A stretch of DNA of 35,093 bases from a virus (IMGVR_UViG_3300025018_000340:1-35093); one strand, 5' to 3'; shown: positions 17,436-27,466, counted from the first letter of the stretch. Notes: generated from the letters alone by a model not told the origin. Numbers and translations: made by a program.

Positions 17436-20400
17436 ATGGCAAACATCGCCGACTGGATCAAAAGCCTGTTCAAAAAGACAGAAGCCGCCAAGTCGACACC
17501 AGCTCCACAGCTCGGTGTCGATGCTGGCGTACAGAAGATGGAGACGCTCGGCGGCCGCACGAGTTACAGCCAAGACACTCCCCAGTACCAAGTACCGCAA
17601 GTGCCAACCCCACTCATCCAGAAGCCAACCGTCGATCTCGGCCGACCAACCGCGACAGGGATCAACCGGGGCCTGCTCGTGAACTTCGTGCAGGAACAGG
17701 CCGCAAAGGACACCAAGAAGAAACTAGGCTATGTCCCGGACAAAAGCACTGTCTCCGAAGGGCTAAAGCAGTTCCTCGGTACAGGCAAGCGCACCAGCCC
17801 CATCACCACCACCCCAGTCGAAGACCAGCTCGCGCGCGGCGGAGCTGCCATCGTCGGTGAAGTCGCCGGCATGGGAGACGCGCTCACGTTTGGATTCTTG
17901 AACCTACAGGCGAAGGGCAGAGACTTAATGCCCGGAGAAGACCTGAAGCTGGCCTTTGACGTCGGGAACGTAGCCGGCAACGTGGCAGGAACAATCGTCA
18001 GCCTGAAGGCAACCATCCCCGTGGCGGCAAAGGGGGTCGGCGCAGTCCTTCAGAAGATCCCGGGAGTGACGAAGGTCGCAGAGTTGATGCCGAAAACATT
18101 CGCCGTAATCAAGAGCGGTATAGCATACGACATCTGGGCGAACCTACGCCCGGAGACATTTCAAAAAACAGCAGAGGAAAACGTCCGTGGATTTGGAGCA
18201 GGCTTCATCGAGGGAGCTGGCTACAGCATCGCAGGGATGGAACCGTCATTTTTTAAGTCGGTGGGCCAGATCGCAGCAGCCATCTACACCGGGGAGACAA
18301 TCAAAGGCAGCGACGAAAAAGAAGCGCTGCAGTCAGCAGCAGTCGGCGTTGTCTTCCACTCCCTGCTCCGAACCATCTTCCCCCCTGCACAGCAAGCAAA
18401 GGCCGTACAGGACGACGTACAAGCCACGCTGGCACGCTCCCGGCAAGTTTTGGGAGTAGATGCCAAGGCAACCCCAGAGCAAATCAAGTCCGCGTACCGC
18501 AAAGCGATCGTCCAAGCCCACCCGGACAAGGCGCAGTTCACAGGGATGACAGAACAGCAGGCAACGGCCAAGGCCCAAGACCTGAACAAAGCCTACCGGG
18601 CAGTGACCGCCAGCTTTCAGTTTGTGAGCAAAGCGGCCGACCCAACCTTCAACAACAACAGCATGATCAAGGAGTGGGAAAACCTGTGGAAGACCACATT
18701 CAAGCCAAGCCAGTACATGAACGACCTGCGGAAAAACGCCCCGACCGTTTATCGAAACCTCCTACTACAGACGCAGGGGGGATTCTTCGTACCGGCCGCA
18801 GACATCAAAGCACCCGTCGGTCAGTTTAGCTCCAGAGTCGATAGGGTAGCCCGTGTAGAGCTCGACGACAGCAAAGCGACCGTATCCCTCGGCAACCTCC
18901 GGGCAAGCGGTGAGTCGGGCTTCAGGGAAGGCAAGCTGGGATCCATACTGAAACACGACACCGTGTACCAAGTCATGCCGGAACTGAAGAACGTCGACGT
19001 CGCCTACGGACCGCTCCGGGATGGACTGATCGCACAGTACGATCCGAACACGAACCGCATATCGATGAACAGCAAGTACCCGAACGTCGACCCGAGACGC
19101 GTACTGCTGCACGAGACGCAGCACGTCATCCAAGCCAAGTCCGGGAGATCACCCGGGGGAGCTAAGTACGAACTGACCGAAGACGAATACAATCGCCTCT
19201 TCACCGAAGTGGAGTCCAGAGCCGTTGAAGAACGTGCGGACATGACCCCGGCGCAGAGGATGAGATCCGATCCCTTCGCTGGTCCATACGCCACCCAAGG
19301 GATCAAGCTCCCGGACTTTGTAATATCGCAGGACAACAGCGCACAGGCCAACTACCCGACCGACCCCAAGGGAGTGAACGACCTGACCACCACTGTCCTG
19401 CAGCGCATCCAAGGCCGGGACTCCGTCTCCAAACAATTCATCGACGACCAGCTCAAACGGCAAGACATCAAGAAGCCAGAGCGCGTGCTCCTGCAGAACA
19501 TCCTCAACACCATGGGACCCAAGATATCGGTGCCAGAATTTACCGAACGCGTGAAGCTCGAGCTGCTGCCGCTGGAGGAAGTCGTTGCCGGAGTTAACGC
19601 TAACAGTACCTATCAGGCAGCAAATGGTATAGAAAAGAAAAACAGGCCAGCCGACATTCAATACACAGAAATTGTCTACCAATCCCCAGTGGAGACAGAC
19701 GCGAGCTATATGCACTTTGGTTCAGGAGCAGGCGCAGCAAAAGAAATAGACAGATATTTTGCCCACGTTCGCCGCGAGGAATGGGGAGACGTTAGGGAAA
19801 TCATCGAAATCCAAAGCGACCTGTTCCAACATGGGAACGTAAAGAATGAGCAGATAGAGGAAAACGCTCTAAACAGAGAGGCCGAAGTCTCGCGGCTCAC
19901 GCCATACAGAAACACATGGCAGGACCGCATACTCAAAGAGGAAATAAAAAATGCGGCACGCCAAGGAAAGAAAACGCTGCGAGTTGTAGATGGCAAAACC
20001 GCACTACGTGTGCAATACGGGACCCATGCACCAAAAGACAAAAGCTCCGGCAAATGGGTAATACTGGACGGAGACAATGTAAGAATAGCCACTAGAGAAG
20101 ACATAAAAACCGGTGCTCTGTTGGAAGACGTGAATGAAAAAAACTGGATAGTCACATCCGACGAACTCCTAAATCAGATGGACTTCTACGCAATCGAACT
20201 AGATACCCTTTATAGAAACTTCCCGAAACTACGTGGCGATGAGCTTATTCAGGAAGGGGCTAAATGGGCAAACAGAACTGGAGAGTCAGAGATTTTCAAC
20301 CTGATTCCACCAGAACAAGTGCCACCCAACACAGAAGATCCTCTCTTTAGCTTTTACGAGAACGAGATCCCGAAGTCCCTCCGCAGGCTCAAGCCCGACA

Positions 20401-23400
20401 TGCGCCACATGGAAGACGAGAACGGCGTGACGTGGTGGGAAGTCGAGATCAAGCCACCAGACGCAGACGCCCCGATCGTGGCATTCAAGAAAGCGAAACC
20501 AAAGGTAAACGTCGACGTCGTCAAGAGACAAGACAACACGCTCATCGACTGGCCGCTCCCACCCGAGTGGGTCCCGGCCCGGGGCAAGCCAACGTGGAAC
20601 CACGCGAAGAAGCTCTGGAACCTTATGCGGAACCAGTACGGAGAAGTTAATGCAATGAAGACAGACGTCGTCCGCAACCCATCGATCGGGCATGGATTCA
20701 TGCAGTACGTCATCGACAGACTGTCCAGTGACGAAGTGACGAAGCCGCTCGAGGAATACTTCAAGATGAAAACCCACGCGAATAAGCCACACGACAAGTA
20801 TCAATACAAAAAGCTGTATGCCATGTTCAAGGCCCGGGACTACGACATGGGAGGCTACAAGGAAGTGGTCGGCAGGCTGCTTGGTGTCGAGCCGATGGTG
20901 ATGACCACCGGGGACGTGCCAAAGCAGGCAGCCCCGGCCGAACCCACCGCCCCAGCGTCACCAACGCTCTACAGGACCGGGGAGCTGAACGACCCACGCG
21001 GCACTGGCGTATTCCTAACGACCGACAAAGCCGTCGCAGCACAGTACAAAGGGAACACCGGAGCAGAGACGAACGAATACAAACTGAGCGTGGACAAAAT
21101 CAAAGAGGCGACCAATAGGTGGCAGCTCGCGAAAGAGATCGATCCGACATGGGACAAGGAAAAGATCCACACCAAACTGATAGCCCAAGGAGTGAAGGAC
21201 GGAATCGATCCAGAGCAAAGGCTGCAAGCAGAAGCCGAGCGTCGCATCCGCAAGATCCTGCAGAAGCAGGGATACCAAGCCGTCAGATACTCCGGAGGCG
21301 TAACAGACCAAGCCGGAGAATACCAAGTCTTCGACGCCAAAAACATCACCCCGGCCGAGACACCCAGCCTCACAGTCCCAACCCCACAGGAACTAACACC
21401 AGAGCAGAAGGCAGCCCTCCACGAGAAGGCGCTCCAAGCCGTCGCCAACGATGAGATCCCAGACACAGCCAACACCGGAGCAAGGGGAGTCGACGACGCA
21501 TTGATCCGAGAGATCGAGCAACTATCGAAAACACCAAGCCCCGAAAGCCTGAACAGACTGAAGCAAATAAAAACAGAGTTTGCGGACAAGGACAACGAAC
21601 CACAGGCCGACATCGTGATCAGGATGTGGGAGCAGCTAGGCGTCGCTGAAACGCCCGTATCCGCCCCCGGCGTACCCGAGACGACTACTCCACCACCCGC
21701 ACCCCCGATCGCCCAGCCAGAGGCAGGAGACGCACGCAAAATGAGAGGCTACCAAGAGTCTGTGCAGGAGGAAGAAACAACCCCGGAAAAGATCCGGGAA
21801 CAGATCGGGAAGGACGAGGCCGACTATTACGACCCAATCAGCAACGACACCTCCTTCGATGAAGCCCAGAACATCGTCGACATGGGGGAAAGCCAAGCGC
21901 TCGAGTTTGCCAGAACCACCATCGACGCCCGGATGAAAAGCACAGTAGCGCTACTGCTTCACCGGGATGCAATGGCCGCAGAAGACACAGAGAAGGCGCT
22001 GACGCTGATGCGAGAGTTCGGGGCAATCTGGACCAACATGGGGCAAGGCGTCCAGATCCTGAGCAACTACGCGAAACTCACGCCAGAAGGAGCCATGCGT
22101 TACGCAGAGCGGGAAGTCAGAGCCGCCCAAGAGAAAACGCCAAAGCGGAAAGCCAACGTGAAAAAAGACGCAGCAGACACCAAGAAACAGATGGATCAAG
22201 CTAACAAGGACGTGGCCGACGACGTAGGAAAAGAGATCCAGAAGGATCTCGACGAGACAGCCTCCATGCAGCGCAAACGGACCCAAGCTCCGATCAAGGT
22301 GGATGGCGTCAATCCCCCGGCAGCATCAAACGCGGACCAAGAGGGGAACGCAGCAGACCAGCTGGCCAAGAGAGTGATCGCACAGGTAGCCACACCGAAA
22401 CCCGGTAAAGAGTCAGAAGCAAAGAAGATGATCGACACGCTCTTCGAGGTGGCCAAAGAAGTGCTGCCGAAGAAAGCCGAGAAACCATCGACGGATCCGC
22501 TCGAGTTCATCACACAGGCCATCCAGCAGCGCGACCTGTACTTTGAGGTGTGGGACAAGGCGAAGGTGCTCGTCGAGGGATACGCTGAGATCAGCGACGA
22601 GATGATCAAGGCACTCGACGACTACTTCAGCTACGACCCAGACCGGCCATTCGCAGACACACAGCTTGGCCGAACGGTCAGCATGCGTATCAAAGAGCTG
22701 GGCATCGATGTCCGCAGGCTCGTGCAGGAACACTACGTTAAGCAGTCAGCCGCTACTGTCTCCCTTGTCGACCGCATCGTCGAACAGGCAGGGCTCGAGC
22801 GCGACCAAGCCGTGTTCCTCGCCCGAAAAGTCCAACACAAGTTCGAGCAGGTCACCGCCAAGGCGAAGATATCTATCCTCCGCCAGAAGCTAGGCAAGCG
22901 TCCGGAGCGCAAAAAGGCCGCTCTATACCAGAACATCCTGAAGCTCTCCAACCTCGGCGCACTAGAATCCGAGGACTTTATGCCGCTGTTCGCAGAGAAG
23001 TACGGGATCCCCTACCTCGGAGTAGAGTCGGCCGACAAGATCACAGGCTTCGCCAGAGCCGCGCAGGAAGCGCCAGAGGGATCCAGAGCACGCATCGTCG
23101 CTGCAGCACAGATGCTCGATGCCGTCGCCGAAAACATCCCAGCCACAACGCTAGAGAAGATCGCCACCGGACAGGTGATCGCGCAACTCCTGAACCCCAA
23201 GACCCTGATCAGAAACATCGTTGGGAATGGATTCTTCTCATTGATGGAGAACGTCGCGGACATCGTCGGCACAGGACTAGACCTCCCGATCAGCCTCATC
23301 ACCGGGGAGCGCAGCAAGGTGCTGCCTTCCACCAAAGCGCAGTACCGAGGATTCGTCCGCGGCTTAACTGAGGGATGGGAAGACGTCTCTCTCGGCATCG

Positions 23401-25277
23401 ATACCAGCACAGCAGGGACAAGGTACGACCTACCCAAAAGGACATTCAGGACAGGCCCGGCCGCATTCCTCGAGACGATGCTGAACGTCGGACTGCGAAC
23501 AACTGACCGAGCAGCGTCCACCGCGGCCTACGAAGGCAGCCTCGAGAACCAAATGCGTGCAGCCGGAACGACCACCCCAACCGAAGACATGAAGGCCATC
23601 GCAACCCAAGACGCGATGTACAGGACATTCCAAGACGAGAACGTACTCTCGCAAACATTCGTATCGCTTAAGAAGATCTTCAACGCAAACCAGAAGTGGG
23701 GACTAGGATCCCTGATCATCAACTACCCGAAGACACCAGCGAACCTGCTGGCACGCGGTATCGATTACTCCCCGTTTGGTTTTGTCAAAGCGCTGAAGCC
23801 GATCATCCAGAACGCCCGGGGCCAAGAGGGGCCAACCCAAAAAGAATTCGTCGAAGACATGAGCCGGGCAATGGTAGGGACTGGACTGATCGCACTCGGC
23901 TACCTGCTGGCCAAGGCAACTCTCCTGAGTGGGGAACCAGAAAAAGACTACGACGTGGAAGCCGCAAAGTCAGAGTTAGGACAATCCAGATTCAGGATCA
24001 ACGCAACCGGACTCGAGCGCTTCGTGCTCTCCGGATTTGACCCGGGATCCGCGCTGCCAAGAGAAGGCGACACGTACATGTCCTACGACTGGAACCAGCC
24101 CATGAGCTTGGCTCTGGCGATGGGAGCGAATATGGCGAACCAGAAGCTGGCTCAAGACTTCCTGACAGACGCTATGACGCAGCTGGCAGCCGGGACCGAG
24201 ACGCTGACCAACCAGCCCGTCCTGACAGGCGTCCAAAGATTTATGCGGACGTTCTCGGACAGCAACTACGGAGGCCCCGTGATGGCAGTCGGGGACGCGC
24301 TGCTGAGCCTGACAGAGCAATTCATCCCGACGATTCTGTCCCAAGTGGCGAACATGAACGACACCGTGGTCCGGAACCCTTATGACCCAAGCCCACTCAA
24401 AGAAGCGATCAACCGGGCAATGAAGAAGATCCCCGGACTACGGAACACGCTCCCGGAATACCTGCAGCCCACAGGTCAGCCTATCCCGGCGAACGACGTC
24501 GGAAACAAGCTGTACAACACATTCCTCAACCCGGCATTCTTGAACCGCTACACGGCCGACCCCGTGCTCAAAGAGATCGTCGACATCTACAAAGCATCCG
24601 GAGAAACCAAGCAGGCCATCCCCAGAGTCGCCAGACGGGTCACGATCAACGGCGTACCAACCGCACTGAACCAAGACCAGATAAACCAGTACCAGAAGTA
24701 CGTCGGAGTACTGGCGTATAAGACGTTCGACATGCTGCTGCAGAGCGACACATTCCAAAGCCTCCCGGACGATGCGAGAGCAAACCAGATGGCCGACATC
24801 CTGACCGACATCAACACTATGGCCAAACACGATCTATTCGGACACGAGGTATACGGCCTGCGTACCGTAGAGAAACGCATGTTGGACTACGGATCCGTGG
24901 CAGCGCTCGACATGGGGATCCGGTTGGACCTGATGGGACAGGGATACGACAACACCAGAGTGGACGTCGTAGACCTCATGGAGTCCGGGGACATCATGGC
25001 CGGAGTCGACCGAGCCATGGCATGGAACAAAGAAGCAGACGAAAGCCTGCAGCTCGTCATGCCTTACCTGATAGAAAAGAACCCTGAAGAAGCCAAGCGC
25101 TTCCAGAGCTCTGTCTTGTTCGGACCGTCCGAATTACGTAGTATGGCAGCAGGGACAATCAGGGGAGGCACGCAGCCCATCCCCAAAAGCATAACGACTC
25201 AAAAACAACCTGAAGCACAACCAGAAGCACCCACAACATCTTCAGGGGGACTCAAGGAATGGATCAACAGCCAATAA
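17436..25277 (+). CDS. Giant (~2,613 aa) polyvalent internal virion protein: J-domain, LPD23-like/HExxH metallopeptidase, EIQSD domain, ART-like domain, helical C-terminus
   Basis: HPD J-domain ~18441-18605; HETQH ~19110; 'GVFLTTDKAVAAQY...GYQAV...EYQVFD' ~20967-21350; ATG 17436 preferred to 17373 because it follows the upstream stop. Confidence 0.85.
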   Translation: MANIADWIKSLFKKTEAAKSTPAPQLGVDAGVQKMETLGGRTSYSQDTPQYQVPQVPTPLIQKPTVDLGRPTATGINRGLLVNFVQEQAAKDTKKKLGYVPDKSTVSEGLKQFLGTGKRTSPITTTPVEDQLARGGAAIVGEVAGMGDALTFGFLNLQAKGRDLMPGEDLKLAFDVGNVAGNVAGTIVSLKATIPVAAKGVGAVLQKIPGVTKVAELMPKTFAVIKSGIAYDIWANLRPETFQKTAEENVRGFGAGFIEGAGYSIAGMEPSFFKSVGQIAAAIYTGETIKGSDEKEALQSAAVGVVFHSLLRTIFPPAQQAKAVQDDVQATLARSRQVLGVDAKATPEQIKSAYRKAIVQAHPDKAQFTGMTEQQATAKAQDLNKAYRAVTASFQFVSKAADPTFNNNSMIKEWENLWKTTFKPSQYMNDLRKNAPTVYRNLLLQTQGGFFVPAADIKAPVGQFSSRVDRVARVELDDSKATVSLGNLRASGESGFREGKLGSILKHDTVYQVMPELKNVDVAYGPLRDGLIAQYDPNTNRISMNSKYPNVDPRRVLLHETQHVIQAKSGRSPGGAKYELTEDEYNRLFTEVESRAVEERADMTPAQRMRSDPFAGPYATQGIKLPDFVISQDNSAQANYPTDPKGVNDLTTTVLQRIQGRDSVSKQFIDDQLKRQDIKKPERVLLQNILNTMGPKISVPEFTERVKLELLPLEEVVAGVNANSTYQAANGIEKKNRPADIQYTEIVYQSPVETDASYMHFGSGAGAAKEIDRYFAHVRREEWGDVREIIEIQSDLFQHGNVKNEQIEENALNREAEVSRLTPYRNTWQDRILKEEIKNAARQGKKTLRVVDGKTALRVQYGTHAPKDKSSGKWVILDGDNVRIATREDIKTGALLEDVNEKNWIVTSDELLNQMDFYAIELDTLYRNFPKLRGDELIQEGAKWANRTGESEIFNLIPPEQVPPNTEDPLFSFYENEIPKSLRRLKPDMRHMEDENGVTWWEVEIKPPDADAPIVAFKKAKPKVNVDVVKRQDNTLIDWPLPPEWVPARGKPTWNHAKKLWNLMRNQYGEVNAMKTDVVRNPSIGHGFMQYVIDRLSSDEVTKPLEEYFKMKTHANKPHDKYQYKKLYAMFKARDYDMGGYKEVVGRLLGVEPMVMTTGDVPKQAAPAEPTAPASPTLYRTGELNDPRGTGVFLTTDKAVAAQYKGNTGAETNEYKLSVDKIKEATNRWQLAKEIDPTWDKEKIHTKLIAQGVKDGIDPEQRLQAEAERRIRKILQKQGYQAVRYSGGVTDQAGEYQVFDAKNITPAETPSLTVPTPQELTPEQKAALHEKALQAVANDEIPDTANTGARGVDDALIREIEQLSKTPSPESLNRLKQIKTEFADKDNEPQADIVIRMWEQLGVAETPVSAPGVPETTTPPPAPPIAQPEAGDARKMRGYQESVQEEETTPEKIREQIGKDEADYYDPISNDTSFDEAQNIVDMGESQALEFARTTIDARMKSTVALLLHRDAMAAEDTEKALTLMREFGAIWTNMGQGVQILSNYAKLTPEGAMRYAEREVRAAQEKTPKRKANVKKDAADTKKQMDQANKDVADDVGKEIQKDLDETASMQRKRTQAPIKVDGVNPPAASNADQEGNAADQLAKRVIAQVATPKPGKESEAKKMIDTLFEVAKEVLPKKAEKPSTDPLEFITQAIQQRDLYFEVWDKAKVLVEGYAEISDEMIKALDDYFSYDPDRPFADTQLGRTVSMRIKELGIDVRRLVQEHYVKQSAATVSLVDRIVEQAGLERDQAVFLARKVQHKFEQVTAKAKISILRQKLGKRPERKKAALYQNILKLSNLGALESEDFMPLFAEKYGIPYLGVESADKITGFARAAQEAPEGSRARIVAAAQMLDAVAENIPATTLEKIATGQVIAQLLNPKTLIRNIVGNGFFSLMENVADIVGTGLDLPISLITGERSKVLPSTKAQYRGFVRGLTEGWEDVSLGIDTSTAGTRYDLPKRTFRTGPAAFLETMLNVGLRTTDRAASTAAYEGSLENQMRAAGTTTPTEDMKAIATQDAMYRTFQDENVLSQTFVSLKKIFNANQKWGLGSLIINYPKTPANLLARGIDYSPFGFVKALKPIIQNARGQEGPTQKEFVEDMSRAMVGTGLIALGYLLAKATLLSGEPEKDYDVEAAKSELGQSRFRINATGLERFVLSGFDPGSALPREGDTYMSYDWNQPMSLALAMGANMANQKLAQDFLTDAMTQLAAGTETLTNQPVLTGVQRFMRTFSDSNYGGPVMAVGDALLSLTEQFIPTILSQVANMNDTVVRNPYDPSPLKEAINRAMKKIPGLRNTLPEYLQPTGQPIPANDVGNKLYNTFLNPAFLNRYTADPVLKEIVDIYKASGETKQAIPRVARRVTINGVPTALNQDQINQYQKYVGVLAYKTFDMLLQSDTFQSLPDDARANQMADILTDINTMAKHDLFGHEVYGLRTVEKRMLDYGSVAALDMGIRLDLMGQGYDNTRVDVVDLMESGDIMAGVDRAMAWNKEADESLQLVMPYLIEKNPEEAKRFQSSVLFGPSELRSMAAGTIRGGTQPIPKSITTQKQPEAQPEAPTTSSGGLKEWINSQ

Positions 25278-25286
25278 GGTCGAGAC

Positions 25287-25568
25287 ATGGTGGATGCCTC
25301 CAAGGAAATAATAGAGTCCGGCTTACTGGGGGCAATCACCATTCTCTCTCTCGGTGTCGCCTACTACTTCATGAAGGCGCGAGAGACTTTAAGGAAGGAA
25401 CAGAATGAGATTATTGCAGCAAAGGATCTTCAGCTGCTCGCCCTCCAAAACAAAAGGCTCGAAGACGTTGTGGCCAACAATGATAAATATCAATTATTGG
25501 CGGCCGAACTTTCAAAAATGCTACAAACCGTTGTCCACGTTATACGAAAGGAAGACCCAAATGTCTGA
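25287..25568 (+). CDS. Holin-like single-TM protein (BhlA-like topology)
   Basis: N-terminal TM 'GLLGAITILSLGVAYYFM' followed by coiled coil; upstream of endolysin. Confidence 0.6.
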   Translation: MVDASKEIIESGLLGAITILSLGVAYYFMKARETLRKEQNEIIAAKDLQLLALQNKRLEDVVANNDKYQLLAAELSKMLQTVVHVIRKEDPNV

Positions 25569-25755
25569 AGACTTCAATGCCAAACGAGAGTATGTGATAC
25601 TCGATGACAAGCTGCGACTGCTTAACCTGCGAGTGGACGCAGTAGAAAAAGCCCAGCAAAAAGACGTGGCAGACCTGCTCGAGCAAATCAAAGACACCAA
25701 CCAAAGGCTGGCCGACATACTCACTACCAAGAGGAAACGATATGCCAACGCTTGA
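25561..25755 (+). CDS. Small coiled-coil lysis-cassette protein
   Basis: AAGGAAG SD before ATG 25561; overlaps both neighbours. Confidence 0.6.
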   Translation: MSEDFNAKREYVILDDKLRLLNLRVDAVEKAQQKDVADLLEQIKDTNQRLADILTTKRKRYANA

Positions 25756-26680
25756 CGTTCCGTACCGCTCCCAATACGGGAACAAGATATACAACGACTG
25801 TGGGGAAGCCAACGTCTCGATGATCATCCAGTACGCCACCGGGCGGAATTTGTCGATTCACGAGATCGAGGTAGCCATGGGACGCGAAGGAAAACTAGAT
25901 ACCCCAACCAACCTAGTGCAGGCGCTCGGCAAGGCAGCAGGCATCGCGGCCGTTGTGGAGAGCAGGTCGAACCTCCCCCGGCTCCAGACCCTGATAAGCA
26001 AGGGAACACCAGTGATCGCCTTGGTCGATTACGGCGACATGCCAGACCGCAATAAGACGGACAAGGTCTTCGCGGACGGCCACTACATCCTCATCGTCGG
26101 ATTTGAGGGGAACACCGTCGTCTACCACGACCCACTGCACCCGGGAGTAAAAGGCAGAAACATGCGCATGAGCATCTCGGACTTACAGTACGCATGGGAC
26201 ACCAGCCAAAACATATTCACACCAGACACTATCATCATCCCAACCATTCACATACCCCCCAAGGAGGACGCCGTGAATTTATCAGACCGAAAGAAACATG
26301 TGATCGAAAAACTCGGTCCACAGCTCGAGCAGATATTTGTGGACGGAGATCCAATTACCACAACCCAGACCATGCTGCTCTCTCGCGGCCGGCTCGACGG
26401 AATGTGGACGATCATCCACACACTGGAAAAAGCGCTGCTAACCATGGGCGCTAAGTTCGACGAAGATGCGTACCTCAAAACGTACCCAGACGTCGCGTCG
26501 GAGGTCAAGGCAGGGCGAATGAGGTCAGGAGAGTACCACTACACTCGATTCGGAAAAGGGGAAGGGAGAATGCCAGCCTACGTCTTACCCAAGCCAGCGC
26601 CAGCAGGAAAATACGTGGCAGTGAAAGAACAACTATATCAATTAAAAAAGGAAGCGACATGGACTCCACAGTCACGCTAA
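25742..26680 (+). CDS. Putative endolysin: peptidase C39-like domain plus C-terminal YPDV module
   Basis: 'LDVPYRSQ...NDCG' (Gln/Cys), 'GHYILIVG' (His), 'YHDP' (Asp); flanked by membrane proteins. Confidence 0.82.
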   Translation: MPTLDVPYRSQYGNKIYNDCGEANVSMIIQYATGRNLSIHEIEVAMGREGKLDTPTNLVQALGKAAGIAAVVESRSNLPRLQTLISKGTPVIALVDYGDMPDRNKTDKVFADGHYILIVGFEGNTVVYHDPLHPGVKGRNMRMSISDLQYAWDTSQNIFTPDTIIIPTIHIPPKEDAVNLSDRKKHVIEKLGPQLEQIFVDGDPITTTQTMLLSRGRLDGMWTIIHTLEKALLTMGAKFDEDAYLKTYPDVASEVKAGRMRSGEYHYTRFGKGEGRMPAYVLPKPAPAGKYVAVKEQLYQLKKEATWTPQSR

Positions 26681-26925
26681 CGATCCAGAAGATGCTCATC
26701 GAGGCAGCCTTCGTCACGACACTGACGATCCCGACCATCCACTTCCTGAAGTCCTTCCTGACCATCCCGAAGCGCTACCAGCCGCTCACCACGACCGGAG
26801 TCGCCATCCTGTGGGCGCTGATCATCATCGTCGGATACCCGCTATACTTGAAGGTCGTGGTCGGCTTTGTATTTGGTTTGATTTCCTCCGGCTTCTACGA
26901 CCAGAAAGCACTGGTCAAAAAATAA
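26659..26925 (+). CDS. Holin
   Basis: 88 aa, 2-3 hydrophobic helices, 'GLISSGFYD' motif, basic C-terminus. Confidence 0.8.
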   Translation: MDSTVTLTIQKMLIEAAFVTTLTIPTIHFLKSFLTIPKRYQPLTTTGVAILWALIIIVGYPLYLKVVVGFVFGLISSGFYDQKALVKK

Positions 26926-26955
26926 CCACCGTACACTCCAGAAAGGAGAACACCC

Positions 26956-27441
26956 ATGCCAGACGCAAAAACATCAAGCCTCCCTCTCGACCAGAACTAT
27001 CATCCCGTAGGTGGAACAGACTACCTCGTCGCGGAGCGTACCGTAGTCTTTGACGGAGCAACCGCAGACGATCCCGGCGAGTTTGACGGAGCCAACGCAG
27101 AGTACGACCTCTTCACAGTGACCGGCCCTATCGCATGCAAGATCCTCGCAGTCTGCGGAACCCTCCTCGAGGGAGCCAGCGCGACCTTAGAGGTCGGAAC
27201 GGCCGCAACAACGGCAGGGCTCATAGCACTGACCACAGCGACCGCAATCGACGCGAACGAACTCTGGCACGACGCAACTCCAGACGCGTCCGTCGAGGCC
27301 AGCACCGTACTGACAGAGAAGATCGTGACGCAGAACATCCAACAGAAGGTAGCCACGGCCGACATCACAGCAGGCACAATAACGTACTACCTCCTGTGGC
27401 GGCCACTGAGCGCAGACGCGAACGTGACACCAACGGCATAG
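26956..27441 (+). CDS. Small beta-sandwich virion protein (decoration-like)
   Basis: Ala/Thr-rich, 'ATLEVGT', 'AGTITYYLLW'; AAAGGAG SD. Confidence 0.6.
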   Translation: MPDAKTSSLPLDQNYHPVGGTDYLVAERTVVFDGATADDPGEFDGANAEYDLFTVTGPIACKILAVCGTLLEGASATLEVGTAATTAGLIALTTATAIDANELWHDATPDASVEASTVLTEKIVTQNIQQKVATADITAGTITYYLLWRPLSADANVTPTA

Positions 27442-27466
27442 TTTTATTTTTTTTGAGGAACGCGCA

